Source of the DNA: Anthoceros angustus
Lineage: Eukaryota > Plantae > Anthocerotophyta
Direction of reading: 5' to 3'
Assembly (NCBI GenBank): GCA_010909165.1
Contig: VJWM01000119.1
Span: 434,001-498,000 of the forward strand
DNA length: 64,000 bases
How positions within the stretch are numbered: the stretch's first letter is position 1; every line of letters begins with the position of its first letter. The notes beneath the pieces were generated by a model. It was given only the letters and a program-made list of their open reading frames with translations. It was not told where the DNA came from and did not search any database. The position numbers and the translations under genes are program-made. Below are positions 1 to 11,873 of this stretch, piece by piece.

Positions 1-1085
1 GCTTGTTGTGGCTGAGCGTGATATGTGACCCCCATAGTGACGGCGGGTTCAGGGCTCCTGTCAGCTGGTTGTAGGACAGGTCAAGGTAGCGGTCAGCTTC
101 AGTGATAGCAAACCCGAGGCTTTGCGGAATGTCACCACTCAGCTGGTTTCTGGACAAGTTCAGCAGGGCCAGGTGCAGCTGGGACAGCGAGGGAGGAATG
201 GCTCCTGCATTGTACCATTTGAACATCCAACTTGTAAGCTTCCAGCATGTTGCAGAAAAAAAAGAAACTTGACAGGCAGGTAGATGGGATGCAATGTCCT
301 TGAATTGCAATACCTGTGAGAGCATTGTTTCCGGCGACGAAGGTGAGCAGCGCCTTGCCAGCACCTCCAAGCGACGCAGGAATGGGTCCACTCAATCTGT
401 TGTTATCCAACGCGAGGTTGACAAGAAGTCCGTTTGCTCCAAGAGTAGCTGGAATAGCTCCAGTGAGCTGGTTGTCGCTCAGCAACAGATCTGTCAGCGG
501 CAAGCTGGCCAAGGACGTGGGAATGCTGCCGGAGAAGGATGCTCCTCGGAGAACCAGCACCTGCACAGAACAGGAAAGGAAGGAAAAGAATCCATGCCCA
601 CCATTAGGTTATTGTTATCCCAAGCCAACAACTCTGGACAGCAACGCTATGCTGCTAAGGTTGAGATTGCACACGATTGTTCAAGAAGCATTTACAGATA
701 CCTGCAGTTTGGTAAGAAGTCCGAGAGAGGCAGGAATGGCTCCTGCCAGCGGGCTCCTCTGGAACAATCCCTGGCTGTCATAAAGCCCTCCGATCCGCAA
801 TTCCCTGAGGGAAACAAGGTTCTTGAAGGACGCAGGGATAGAGCCGGTGAACCGGTTCCCCTCCAAGTACAGCTTCTCCAACAACGGGAGCTCCCCGGGG
901 TTGATGAGCGGGAGAGCGCCGCTGAGCCCAGAGTTGGGCAGCGTCAAAGCGTCGATATTAAAGGGCCCAGTGAGCAGCAACTCCCGCAGCTTCTTGAGCT
1001 GCTTCAGCCCGGCCGGGATCCTCCCGTTGAAGGCAGCGAACTCCAAGTCCAGCACCTGGAGCTGCGTGAGCTGCGCGAAGCAGGG
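1..1085 (-). repeat. Near-identical second copy of 1729..2807 (internal part of the LRR gene)
   Basis: Exons and introns are identical to 1729-2807 apart from short indels in homopolymer or dinucleotide runs. The junction is at a shared CCTGCTTC microhomology. Confidence 0.9.
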
Positions 1086-3441
1086 ATAGAGCCGCTGAGC
1101 AGATTGTTGGACAGATCGATGTAGTTGAGGTCGCTGCTGACTGTAATCGCAGGGATGGCCCCGTGAGTTTGTTGTTGTTCAGAATGATGAAGTTTGTGAA
1201 CTGGCTGCCGAAGATGTCAGAGGGATGAGACCGCTGAGCTGGTTGTCTGCAAAGTTGAGTCCGTGTAGAACTGGCTGTGCCCCGAAGCCGACTGGGATGG
1301 AGCCTGTGAAGTGATTCTGGTGCAGATCCAGGTAGTAGAGCAGAGGATTTGCGTAAACGCCTTGGGAATCGTTCCTGTCAATGCATTCACCGAGGCGTTG
1401 ATGTAGCCGCCAGCACCCGGGTGCCGTCGATTGCAGGCAGCTGGTGAGGTGGTTGTCGGATATGTCAATGAATTGGGAGTTGTAGATCTGGAACACCCAT
1501 GCAGGCACAGGACCTGCGAGGCCGGAAACTCCATCGGACTACGTCTCCAGATAGATCAAGCCATTCCCTTCCTTTCCATAACCAAGAAGCCTGAAAGGAA
1601 AGTTAACAAACAAACCATGGATCCGTGCAGCAACACACCTGCAAACTGGTTGGAGTGCACATCAAAGCTCTGCACATTCTGCCCTGTGGTGCCGTCATCA
1701 GGAATGCTGCCAGTGCCCAAGCTGGTGAGCTTGTTGTGGCTGAGCGTGATATGTGTGACCCCCCATAGTGACGGCGGGTTCAGGGCTCCTGTCAGCTGGT
1801 TGTAGGACAGGTCAAGGTAGCGGTCAGCTTCAGTGATAGCAAACCCGAGGCTTTGCGGAATGTCACCACTCAGCTGGTTTCTGGACAAGTTCAGCAGGGC
1901 CAGGTGCAGCTGGGACAGCGAGGGAGGAATGGCTCCTGCATTGTACCATTTGAACATCCAACTTGTAAGCTTCCAGCATGTTGCAGAAAAAGAAACTTGA
2001 CAGGCAGGTAGATGGGATGCAATGTCCTTGAATTGCAATACCTGTGAGAGCATTGTTTCCGGCGACGAAGGTGAGCAGCGCCTTGCCAGCACCTCAAGCG
2101 ACGCAGGAATGGGTCCACTCAATCTGTTGTTATCCAACGCGAGGTTGACAAGAAGTCCGTTTGCTCCAAGAGTAGCTGGAATAGCTCCAGTGAGCTGGTT
2201 GTCGCTCAGCAACAGATCTGTCAGCGGCAAGCTGGCCAAGGACGTGGGAATGCTGCCGGAGAAGGATGCTCCTCGGAGAACCAGCACCTGCACAGAACAG
2301 GAAGGAAGGAAAGAATCCATGCCCACCATTAGGTTATTGTTATCCCAAGCCAACAACTCTGGACAGCAACGCTATGCTGCTAAGGTTGAGATTGCACACG
2401 ATTGTTCAAGAAGCATTTACAGATACCTGCAGTTTGGTAAGAAGTCCGAGAGAGGCAGGAATGGCTCCTGCCAGCGGGCTCCTCTGGAACAATCCCTGGC
2501 TGTCATAAAGCCCTCCGATCCGCAATTCCCTGAGGGAAACAAGGTTCTTGAAGGACGCAGGGATAGAGCCGGTGAACCGGTTCCCCTCAAGTACAGCTTC
2601 TCCAACAACGGAGCTCCCCGGGGTTGATGAGCGGGAGAGCGCCGCTGAGCCCAGAGTTGGGCAGCGTCAAAGCGTCGATATTAAAGGGCCCAGTGAGCAG
2701 CAACTCCCGCAGCTTCTTGAGCTGCTTCAGCCCGGCCGGGATCCTCCCGTTGAAGGCAGCGAACTCCAAGTCCAGCACCTGGAGCTGCGTGAGCTGCGCG
2801 AAGCAGGCGGGGATGGCGCTGGCCTTGCTGCCGTCTCCGAACCCGATCCCGGACAGGTCCAGCGTCTGCAGGTTCCCGAGCTTGCACAGGGACTGCGGCA
2901 GCGGCAGATTGATGTATGGGCTCCCCTCCAAGGACAAATACTGCAGCGATGCAATGTTCCCGATGTCGGCCGAGACCGGGCCCTTGAGATCCGCTCCCGG
3001 CAGCGACAGCACCTGGAGGGTCTTGATGGCGCTCAGGCCCGTCGGGGTGACGTCGTGCAGCAGGAAGTTGGTGAGATTGAGCACCCGCAGCGCCAGCAGC
3101 TTGTTGAGCGTGGTGCCGATCAGGTTGGCCGAATTCGGGTTCCCGTACTTGCTCCGCACGCTGCCGCAGGGCTCCTCGTCGCAGCCGTCGTCGATCACCG
3201 CCTCGAATGTCACGTTCACCACCTGCCCCGTGGCGTCGCAGGTGACCCCCTTGAATGCGCAGCAATTCCCGCTGCTGCTCCATGTCGCCAGCTGCCCGCC
3301 GTAGTCCAGCAGCCCGGCCTTGAACGCCAGCAGCGCGTTCTGGTCTCTCTGCACGCACACCGGGGTGGCAGCGTTCGCCCCGCTACCGCCCACCAAAAGG
3401 AGCAGCAGCAGGAGCGTCACGCTCCGCAAGGGAAGCCCCAT
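1086..3441 (-). CDS. Secreted plant LRR protein (PGIP/receptor-like protein type), multi-exon; 3' end lost at duplication junction; apparent frameshifts
   Basis: ATG at 3441 gives signal peptide MGLPLRSVTLLLLLLLVGG, then LRRNT 'CVQRDQNALLAFK...LATW...CCAFKGVTCD' and repeated LxxLxLxxNxLSGxIP units. GT-AG introns at about 2426-2288 and 2041-1936. Single-base indels break the frame. Confidence 0.85.
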
Positions 3442-3601
3442 TTTGTTGGGCCTTAGTCTAAAATCGCCCACAAACACCTCTTCTCGTGTCCTAAACGGAT
3501 TGAACTCGGGAGGGATGAAGGGTGGGATGGAGGGTGGACGGAGGGTGGGATGGAAAGGGATGAGATGAAATGAGATGACAGCCATGTGGTGGAGTTGTCC
3601 C

Positions 3602-3609
3602 TTATATAT
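3602..3609 (-). promoter_or_regulatory. Putative TATA box of the LRR gene
   Basis: Minus strand reads ATATATAA about 160 bp upstream of the ATG, followed by a pyrimidine-rich leader. Confidence 0.5.
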
Positions 3610-4175
3610 CCTTTCGTTGCGAACCTCCCGACGAAGCACCCTCAAAAGAGACCACCGTGGTATGCGTTGTCTGAATGCAGGTCCTACCTGGGACCGCTCT
3701 GTTGCCGGATGTTGGGCGCCTGGTTCTGGAAGTCAAGCAAGACTGCAGCTAGGCAGTGCCTTCGCCGGCCTCACCCACAGCAGCACAGCTCGTCTTTGAC
3801 GCCCGGCATTATTCCACGGAGAAGACGTTTCTTACGCGTCTCTTACCACAATCTGTGGCCTGGCAGTGTAGCACCAGGTTCTCTTTGCTGAGAGGGTTCA
3901 TCTCCGTCAATAGAAAGAAAGCGTGCTAGAGCATCGTGCATCGTGCAGAAGCAAGTTTGCCGTTCTCCTCTTGACTTCCAAGTTCTCGGGAAAGAGCCGC
4001 GGGCGTCCATGGCCAGGGACTATGGTAGGACGGCACATCACATGCATCTCATTTCTGTTCCTGTCAGGGGATTTTGTACTGTTTTGGATTTTGAGGTGGA
4101 TTTTGGGGGAAAGAGACGAACAGCGCGACGCTTTCGAAGCACCTACAACGGATACCCAACATAAATATGACATTC

Positions 4176-4342
4176 TTCCAAACCTCGCTCCATCTGTGAT
4201 GTCTTTATTGCTACAGGCTTGCTTCTTTTATGCTATGGTTGCCTATGTACCCGCCCTTCCAAACCCCTTTCCATCTGTGATGTCGTTATTGCTACAGGCT
4301 TGCTTCTTTTGTGCTATGGCTGCCGCTGTACCAGCCCTTCCC
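4176..4342. repeat. Tandem duplication, ~81-bp unit x2
   Basis: ccatctgtgatgtc.ttattgctacaggcttgcttcttt...gcccttcc occurs twice. Confidence 0.8.
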
Positions 4343-4597
4343 AATCCTGTCCTCTATGGGGATAGCCCTATTCTTCTCTTGCATCTCGCATCTTCTATGC
4401 TTGCTCCCACATCCAAGCACCGGAGTATAATAAGTTGGACATCGACAACTCTAGCATCATTTGTCCGTTCTCCTCTCTCCAAAACGGGGTGAGCCACACC
4501 ATGCTGCAGGAGACATGCGAATGTCGTAGAATCGGATACAGCGATACAGCTTGTGAAGATGATTAGCCTCCTGCCGCGTACCCAGCTAGGAGTATCT

Positions 4598-5240
4598 TCA
4601 CATTATGGCAGTCCATGTCACCTCATCTTTCCCACACCCATCACAACATTCGCTGCCACAAGCATTTTCCGAGCTGCTATAATTTGAACACAATGTGCAC
4701 GAAAGAGTTGGACGACCAACACATTCTGCACTCGTTCTCCAATCGGCAGATGGAATTGGTTTCCCTCCTCCAAGCGGGATGTCCAAACCTTCAGGAGACA
4801 TAAAAACATCACGGGATCGGGTACAACTAGGCCTTCTTGGCGCACGGAACTGTAAGGTCAAAGGGTTTCTTGGCCCATGCCCTACTGGAAATGCCTGCAA
4901 TTAGAGCAGTGAAAGACACCACATGCATTCTGACCATGTCTGTCAAACGCTGTCTTTGCATTTTCCAAGCTGCCAAACATGTCTACCAAACTGTTGGTTA
5001 CAAACACATCAGACTCAAGCCCTCGTTCTGAAAATTGTTCATGAAGCTGCTTCCCTTGCCCAAATTTCAGATTTCTTCCGATAGAAGCAGCTGGAGCAGC
5101 TCAACCCCTTCCCCTTTCTTCTGAAATTTGTGTATGAAACTATTCTATCTGATCCCTGTGGCGCCGGGCACGGGGAAAGAAGACTCCGTTGAATGCAATC
5201 AGAGCAGTCCATGCCACTACATTCTTTTGCCTACGTCCCT
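4598..5240 (-). pseudogene. PLS-class PPR pseudogene fragment
   Basis: Frame-broken translation gives NVVAWTALIA, GKQLHEQFSERGLESDVFVTNSLVDMFGSLENAK, VVSFTALIAG, RQEGLVVPDPVMFLCLLK and KDEVTWTAIM. These closely resemble the intact PPR at 44-46.7 kb. Confidence 0.75.
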
Positions 5241-5756
5241 TAGCGGAAATCAGCACATTCACTTCCATGTCAAAGAATGTGAAAATGGATCACATTTGAA
5301 GGCATAGATAGGCATTATATACCCTGAGGTAAATTAGTACTTGGTACTACCTGTTCAGGCGATGACTGTAAGCTTTCAATTTTTGTGCCGGAGCACCTGC
5401 TTAGGACTAGGAGATTGTACAGCAAGTACATAGTTAGGACACCATGGATGTCGATCAAATATAGCTGTACGATATCGCCGTTGAACAAAAACTCCAGTAG
5501 CGAGGCTGTGGCGCTGCTGAAGCTCTCCCAGCGAGTTCCGTGTGCCTAACCCCGCACATACTTGATGAGTGGGAGCCATGTGTGAGGACCTGCCCAAAAG
5601 GATACCACCTTCCTGCCTTGCCAGACTTCCACATTCAGACTATAATATAACCTGAAGTGGGACTTACACCTTGTCGTACTAGCATCATGCGATGTCGGTA
5701 CCGGATTCGGCTTCGATGTTTTTAGGGCAGCAGCTCTCAATTTCCTCTAGAGCCCT

Positions 5757-6538
5757 TTAACGAGGTGCAGATGGGAAACAAAGCCAACTTGTGTAACAAA
5801 AAGCCAAGTTGAAATATAAGTTGTTATGGGTTGTCCCAGTTCCAAAGTCTTCATCGATATCATGTCTCACAATGGAATATTCTTGCACAACTTCGTATAC
5901 CTGTACAAGGGTAATCCATAATTGATTTTTAGCAGTAGGATCTGGCATCCAAATTCGAGTATAATCCTTCAAACTATTTTCCAAAAACACCGTGTTGCAC
6001 CCAGAGGCTATGAGGTGTTTTTTGGATCTTATAGCAGCCATATACAAATGGGCGGGACAATGCAGCATGTAGAATACGGTGGGCACAAAGAAACCTAAGT
6101 TTCCCTCCTCATTATCTTTTAGTACACAACAACCAAGATCTTCCAAGATAGATCGCTGAGATCTAGATTGTCGTATATAGGATCATATATAAAAATTTGT
6201 TCTACACACTGTAGGGCTTTTTTCAACAAAAGTGTAAGACCCAATCAATATCGTGATCTTGGAGTTCTTAGGTCGCCTAATCCATAGACAACAAGTTGCT
6301 TGTATCGTTGCTTGAATTCCGGCCGATGAAATTGTGATAGGATTTGCATCTGGCTGCGGAATTCGAGAAAAAATGTTGACGACGCCACTTGTTTCTCGGC
6401 GGCCTCACACATTTTCATTAACCAATTCTTTTCCTTAGAAACATTTCCATGCCTAACTTCTTCTAACTGATTTCCATTTGTTGATGGAGGCATGAGAGTA
6501 TCTGATTCATTGCTTTCAGCCTTAATGTTTCCTACCAT
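5757..6538 (-). pseudogene. SRR1: SRR1-like (SRRD/BER1 domain) copy 1, disrupted
   Basis: Motifs VVYGLG...RYQL, YDP, N.EG, P.VFYM.HC, NS and AF..TS are present. A TGA replaces CAA at 6245-6247 and there is a 1-nt deletion near 6160. Confidence 0.8.
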
Positions 6539-6615
6539 CTTGAATATAATCTCACAAATAAGAAAGTTATGTACATTAGAAAAGTTTCACTTGATATTAA
6601 TATATATGTTTGTAG

Positions 6616-6912
6616 AAACCAAAGGCTATATGAAGATGTTACTTTAAGCAGCATCTTGCTGAGGCTAGAAGACAGTCTCTCAACTGGCAGGTCGACGGAA
6701 TTAGGAGACTGCTACAGCATCCACCAAGGATGTTTGTTCAAAAAGGAAAGGTTATGCATACCCAAGAGTTGCTCGGAATTGAAGATTTTCTTATTGCATG
6801 ATGCGCATGATGCACCAACAGCAGGATACATGGGGATAGATAAGACATATCAGCATTTGAAGGAGCATGTCTGGTGGCAAGGCATCTGGAGCTTGCTCAA
6901 TCCACCGTGACA
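6616..6912 (+). mobile_element. Ty3/gypsy pol fragment (integrase zinc-binding region)
   Basis: RLCIPK...LLHDAHDAPTAGYMGIDKTYQHLKEHVWWQGI matches the H..P..GH.G..KT...L....WW.GM pattern. Confidence 0.8.
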
Positions 6913-6989
6913 ACAAATAAGAAAGTTATGTACATTAGAAAAGTTCCACTTGATATTAATATATATGTTTGTAGGACCAACACATATAT

Positions 6990-7310
6990 AAACATACAAC
7001 CTTTGGCTCAGCGTAATCCCGATAATCTCAAAGGGCACCACACAGGCTGGATTTTCCTGCAAAGTTGGCAAATGGGAAGCTATGAAACTGCTAAAGAGCC
7101 TCTCAGCATCTTTTTGGATTGGTCTAGGGTGTTGAGGTTCGGCAATTGTGTCAGCAAGTTGTTGGACAGGTCTAGGCCGTCGAGGTCCATCATCCCTGGG
7201 ATGACTATGGCAGTTGAGAATTTGTTGTGGGACAGGTTGAGGAAGTGAAGCCCCTTGAGTTCTCTGATCGAAGGGTCGATCGGTCCTGTGAGATCATTTT
7301 CTGACAAGTC
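6990..7310 (-). pseudogene. LRR gene 3' fragment (repeat unit 1)
   Basis: SENDLTGPIDPSIRELKGLHFLNLSHNKF...LDGLDLSNNLL. Similar copies are at 9800-10120 and 11960-12125. Confidence 0.75.
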
Positions 7311-8865
7311 CAGGGCGGTTGTGGAGGTGAAGGAGGGGACCTCGCGGCAGCCAGAGAAACCGGCGACGTCGAATGGGGCCCCGGAAGTGTATGTACGCTA
7401 GACAATGGAGTCATATGCTTCATGATGAGGCAGCTCCCCATTTTGGCTGGCTGTCCCACTTCTGGTTATATCAGACTCTGAGACGATTCCGCGCATTGGT
7501 TCACACAGCGGCCGTGGAGGCGGAGTTGTGGCACTGGGATGAGGCGATGCAGGGAGAGGCTCATTGGAGTTTGGACAAATTTGTGCAGACCTTAATTAGG
7601 GCAATTGGTGCGAACTACTCTAGTTGGGATTCCTTTGGCAGATGCCCTGACCTTCATCTAGGCAATGAAGCGTGCTAATTCCCTCGTCCACAACCGGTTT
7701 TTCACTGTGCCTCTGCTCTACATTTACCAAACTACCGCTTCCCAAACAATGTGTGACATCAGTGGGCTTTTGTCGGCTTCAACAAAATAGGATATTCTTA
7801 AACGTGTTCGTAAGGATGTGCTCCTTAGACCTTTACGTAGGGTAGAGGTGGGTTTTCTTAGAATTGCCTAGGTTGCGCTGTAAATACCTAATCGGTTTCC
7901 TTTTTCACGAAACAAAATGCTCAAAATCAATGGGAAACCACTCATGGCCAAATCTCGCAAAGACCAAGTCTCACAAAATCATTCCCGCCATAATTCCATT
8001 AGGAGGGGACCTTTTATGTTATAAAAAGATAAATAAATCAATAAACATTAAAAACGATAATTCTCTGAAGAAAAATTTCAAAAGCCTATAGCATGCAATT
8101 TTTGTTTTCGGCACTTTATAAATGATTGAAAAGTCTATAATGATATGTATCTAGAATAATATGAGTGATCATTTTATCCATTTTGTCTGTTAGATGCATA
8201 TAACGATAAGGTTAATCGTATAATTAATTTTATCAGCTTTCATAAATTCTTACGATGTACAAACACACAACCATTGGGTACAAATGACCGGGAACTACAC
8301 AATCGAGGCTACTTGTGTTCTAGTACTATATCTCCGATGGATGGATGGATGGATGGATGAGCAAACGACCCGCAAGATTGTATGCTGATGAGTCTCCTTC
8401 TCGCATACAACCATTCCATTCCTTGCAACAACATAAACCCTTGGTACTCGGCGCCGCTTCGGTGTCTAATCTGTTCACCTATAGAGTGCGTGCACTCCGA
8501 GCGATACTCAGGCACTCATCTCCTCCCAAGCTATTAGGTAGTAGAGCTAAGAGCGTGCACAAGAACGACAGTGAGAGGAAAATCAATCGAAAAGCCAAGG
8601 GGGAGGTGCCACAAAGGAAAAAACAAGCGAAATACACACCTAGTTACAAAGCCCCCAACAACCTTGAAATCATTTTTTTGAAATAGGAGCCTTTCAAAAT
8701 TACTTTCCTCAACTTGGTGTATTACAGCGACGGTAGCACAACATCATCCACCATGTCCTTCAACGAGAACAAAGGAGATACAATCATCATCATATCCACA
8801 TCCTGCTCCACCGGTGACATACTTTATTAGTATCATGCAATACTAGTTCCAAATTCGTATTAATA

Positions 8866-9709
8866 TCATGCGATGTCGGTACCGAATTCGGCTTCGATGT
8901 ATTTAGAGCAACAGCTTTCAATTTCCTCTAGAGCCCTTTTACGAGGTGCAGATGGGAAACAAAGCCAACTTGTGTTACAAAACGCCAAGTTAAAATACTG
9001 GTTCTTAAGAGTTGTCCCAGTTGCAAAGTCTTCATCGACATCATGTCTCACAATAGGATATTCTTGTACAACTTCGCATACCTGTACAAGGCTTGCCCAT
9101 AATTGATTTTTACCAGTATGGTCTGGCATCCAAATTCGAGTATAATCCTTCAAACTATTTCCCAAAAACACCGCGTTGCACCCTGAGGCTATGAGGTGTT
9201 TATTGGATCTTATAGCAGCCATATACAAATGGGCGGGACAATGCGGCATGTAGAATATGGTGGGCACAAAGAAACGTAAGTTTCCCTCCTCATTATCTTT
9301 TAGTACACAACAACCAAGATCTTCCAAGATAGATCGCTGCAAATCTAGATTGTCGTATATAGGATCATATATAAAAATTTGTTCTACACACTGTAGGGCT
9401 TTTTTCAACAAAAGTGCAAGACCCAATTGATATCGTGATCTTGGAGTTCTTAGGTCGCCTAATCCATAGACAACAAGTTGCTTGTATCGTTGCTTGAATT
9501 CCGGCTGATGAAATTGTGAAAGGATTTGCATCGCTGCGAATTCGAGAAAAATGTTGATGCCACTTGTTTCTCGGCCTCACACATTTCATTAACCAATTCT
9601 TTTCCTTAGAAACATTTCCATGCCTAACTTCTTCCAACGAGTTTCCATTTGTTGATGGAGGCATGAGAGTATCTGATTCATTGCTTTCAGCCTTAATGTT
9701 CCCTTCCAT
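8866..9709 (-). CDS. SRR1: SRR1-like copy 2 (indels at 9530-9590 split the N-terminus; 24-aa longer C-terminus)
   Basis: 221-aa ORF with a complete SRR1 domain; the N-terminal MEGNIKAES... is in another frame. Confidence 0.75.
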
Positions 9710-9799
9710 CTTGAATATAATCTCACAAATAAGAAAGTTATGTACATTAGAAAAGTTCCACTTGATATTAATATATATGTTTGTAGGACCAACACATAT

Positions 9800-10125
9800 A
9801 TAGTGCAGCCTTTTTGGCTTAGCGTAATCCCGAGAATCTCAATGGGCGCCACACAGGCTGGATTTTCCTGCAAAGTTGGCAAATGGGAAGCTATGAAACT
9901 GCTATGGAGCCTCTTAGCATCTTTTTGGATTGGTCCAGGGTGTTGAGGTTCGGCAACTTTGTCAGCAAGTTGTTGGACAGGTCTAGGCCGTCGAGGTCCG
10001 TCATCCCTAGGATGACTTTGGCAGCTGAGAACTAGTTGTGGGACAGGTTGAGGAAGTGGAGCCCCTTGAGTTCTCCGATCCAAGGGTTGATCGGTCTTAT
10101 GAGATCATTTTCTGACAAGATAGCA
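9800..10125 (-). pseudogene. LRR gene 3' fragment (repeat unit 2)
   Basis: ILSENDLIRPINPWIGELKGLHFLNLSHN* and downstream sequence homologous to 6990-7310. Confidence 0.7.
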
Positions 10126-11090
10126 AGGTCTAACTCATGAGTTGAGCTAGTTGCACGAGCTGCTTTCAACATAGTGAGCACGTTGTCCTTCTCATACGGT
10201 TGTAGAGGTAAAGGAGGGGACCCCGTGGCAGCCAGAGAAACCGGCGACGTCGAATGGGGCCTCGGGAGTGTACATGTACGCTGGACGATGGAGTCAGATG
10301 CTTTATGATGAGGCAGCTCCCCATTTTGGCTGGCTGTCCCACTTCTGGTTATATGAGTCTCTATTATGATTCTGTGCGTTGGTTCACACAGCGGCCGTGG
10401 AGGCGGAGTTGTGGCACTGGGATGAGGCAATGCAGGGAGAGGCTCATTGGAGTTTGGACAAATTTGTGTAGACCTTAATTAGGGCAGTTGGTGCAAACTG
10501 CACCTCTAGTTGGGATTCCTTTGACGGATGCCCTGACCTTCATCCAGGCAATCAAGCGTGCTAATTCTCTCGTCCACAACCGGTTTTTCACTGTGCCTCT
10601 GCTCTACATTTACCAAACTACCGCGTCCCAAACAATGTGTGATATCAGTGGGCTCTTGTCGGCTTCAACAAAATAGGATGTTCTTAAACGCGTTCGTAAG
10701 GATGTGCTCCTTAGATCTTTACGTAGGCTAGAGGTGGGTTTTCTTAGAATTGCTCAGGTTGCGCTGTAAATACCTAATCGGTTTCCTTTTTCACGAAAAC
10801 AAAATACTCAAAATAATGAAATCATTTTTTTTTGGAATAGGATCCTTTCAAAATTATTTTCCTCAACTTGGTGTATTACAGCGGCCATAGCACAACATCA
10901 TCCACCATGTCCTTCAACGAGAACAAAGAAGATACAATCATCATCATATCCACATCCTGCTCCACCGGTGACACACTTTATTAGTATCATCCAATACTAG
11001 TTCCAAATTCGTTCTAGTATTATGCGATGTCGGTACCGAATTCGGCTTCGATGTATTTAGAGCAGCAGCTTTCAATTTCCTCTGAGTCCT

Positions 11091-11873
11091 TTAACGAGGT
11101 GCAGATGAGAAACAAAGCCAACTTGTGTTACAAAAAGCCAAGTTGAAATAGTGATTGTTACGAGTTTTCCCAAGTGCAAAGTCTTCATCGATATCATTTC
11201 TCACAATGGAATATTCTTGTACAACTTCGCATACCTGTACAAGGCTTGCCCATAATTGATCTTTACCAGTATGGTCTGGCATCCAAATTCGAGCATAGTC
11301 CTTTAAACTATTTCCCAAAAACACCGCGTTGCACCCTGAGGCTATGAGGTGTTTATTAGATCTTATAGCAGCCATATACAAATGGGCAGGACAATGCGGC
11401 ATGTAGAATATGGTGGGCACAAAGAAACGTAAGTTTCCCTCCTCATTATCTTTTAGTACACAACAACCAAGATCTTCCAAGATAGATCGCTGCAAATCTA
11501 GATTGTCGTATATAGGATCATATATAAAAATTTGTTCTACACACTGTAGGCCTTTTTTCAACAAAAGTGTAAGACCCAATTGATATCGTGATTTTGGTGT
11601 TCTTAGGTCACCTAATCCATAGACAACAAGTTGCTTGTATCGTTGCTTGAATTCCGGCTGATGAAATTGTGAAAGGATTTGCATCTGGCTGCGGAATTCG
11701 AGAAAAAATGTTGACGACGCCACTTGTTTCTCGGCGGCCTCACACATTTTCATTAACCAATTCTTTTCCTTAGAAACATTTCCATGCCTAACTTCTTCCA
11801 ACGAGTTTCCATTTGTTGATGGAGGCATGAGAGTATCTGATTCATTGATTTCAGCCTTAATGTTCCCTTCCAT
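11091..11873 (-). CDS. SRR1: SRR1-like copy 3, intact intronless 260-aa ORF
   Basis: QLVVYGLG..RYQLGL..IYDP..ILEDLGCCVLKDNEEG..PTIFYMPHCPAHLY..FLGNSL..AFCNTS is the SRR1-domain signature. Confidence 0.85.
   Translation of the reverse strand: MEGNIKAEINESDTLMPPSTNGNSLEEVRHGNVSKEKNWLMKMCEAAEKQVASSTFFLEFRSQMQILSQFHQPEFKQRYKQLVVYGLGDLRTPKSRYQLGLTLLLKKGLQCVEQIFIYDPIYDNLDLQRSILEDLGCCVLKDNEEGNLRFFVPTIFYMPHCPAHLYMAAIRSNKHLIASGCNAVFLGNSLKDYARIWMPDHTGKDQLWASLVQVCEVVQEYSIVRNDIDEDFALGKTRNNHYFNLAFCNTSWLCFSSAPR

Noticed and set aside
6245-6247. SRR1 premature stop as a U-to-C editing substrate
   Set aside because: This is a nuclear gene, TGA versus CAA needs two changes, and a frameshift also disrupts this copy.
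8280-8360. Weak hairpin + CTAG + (GGAT)n as a Helitron end
   Set aside because: The stem is too short and no matching 5' end or Rep/helicase sequence was seen.
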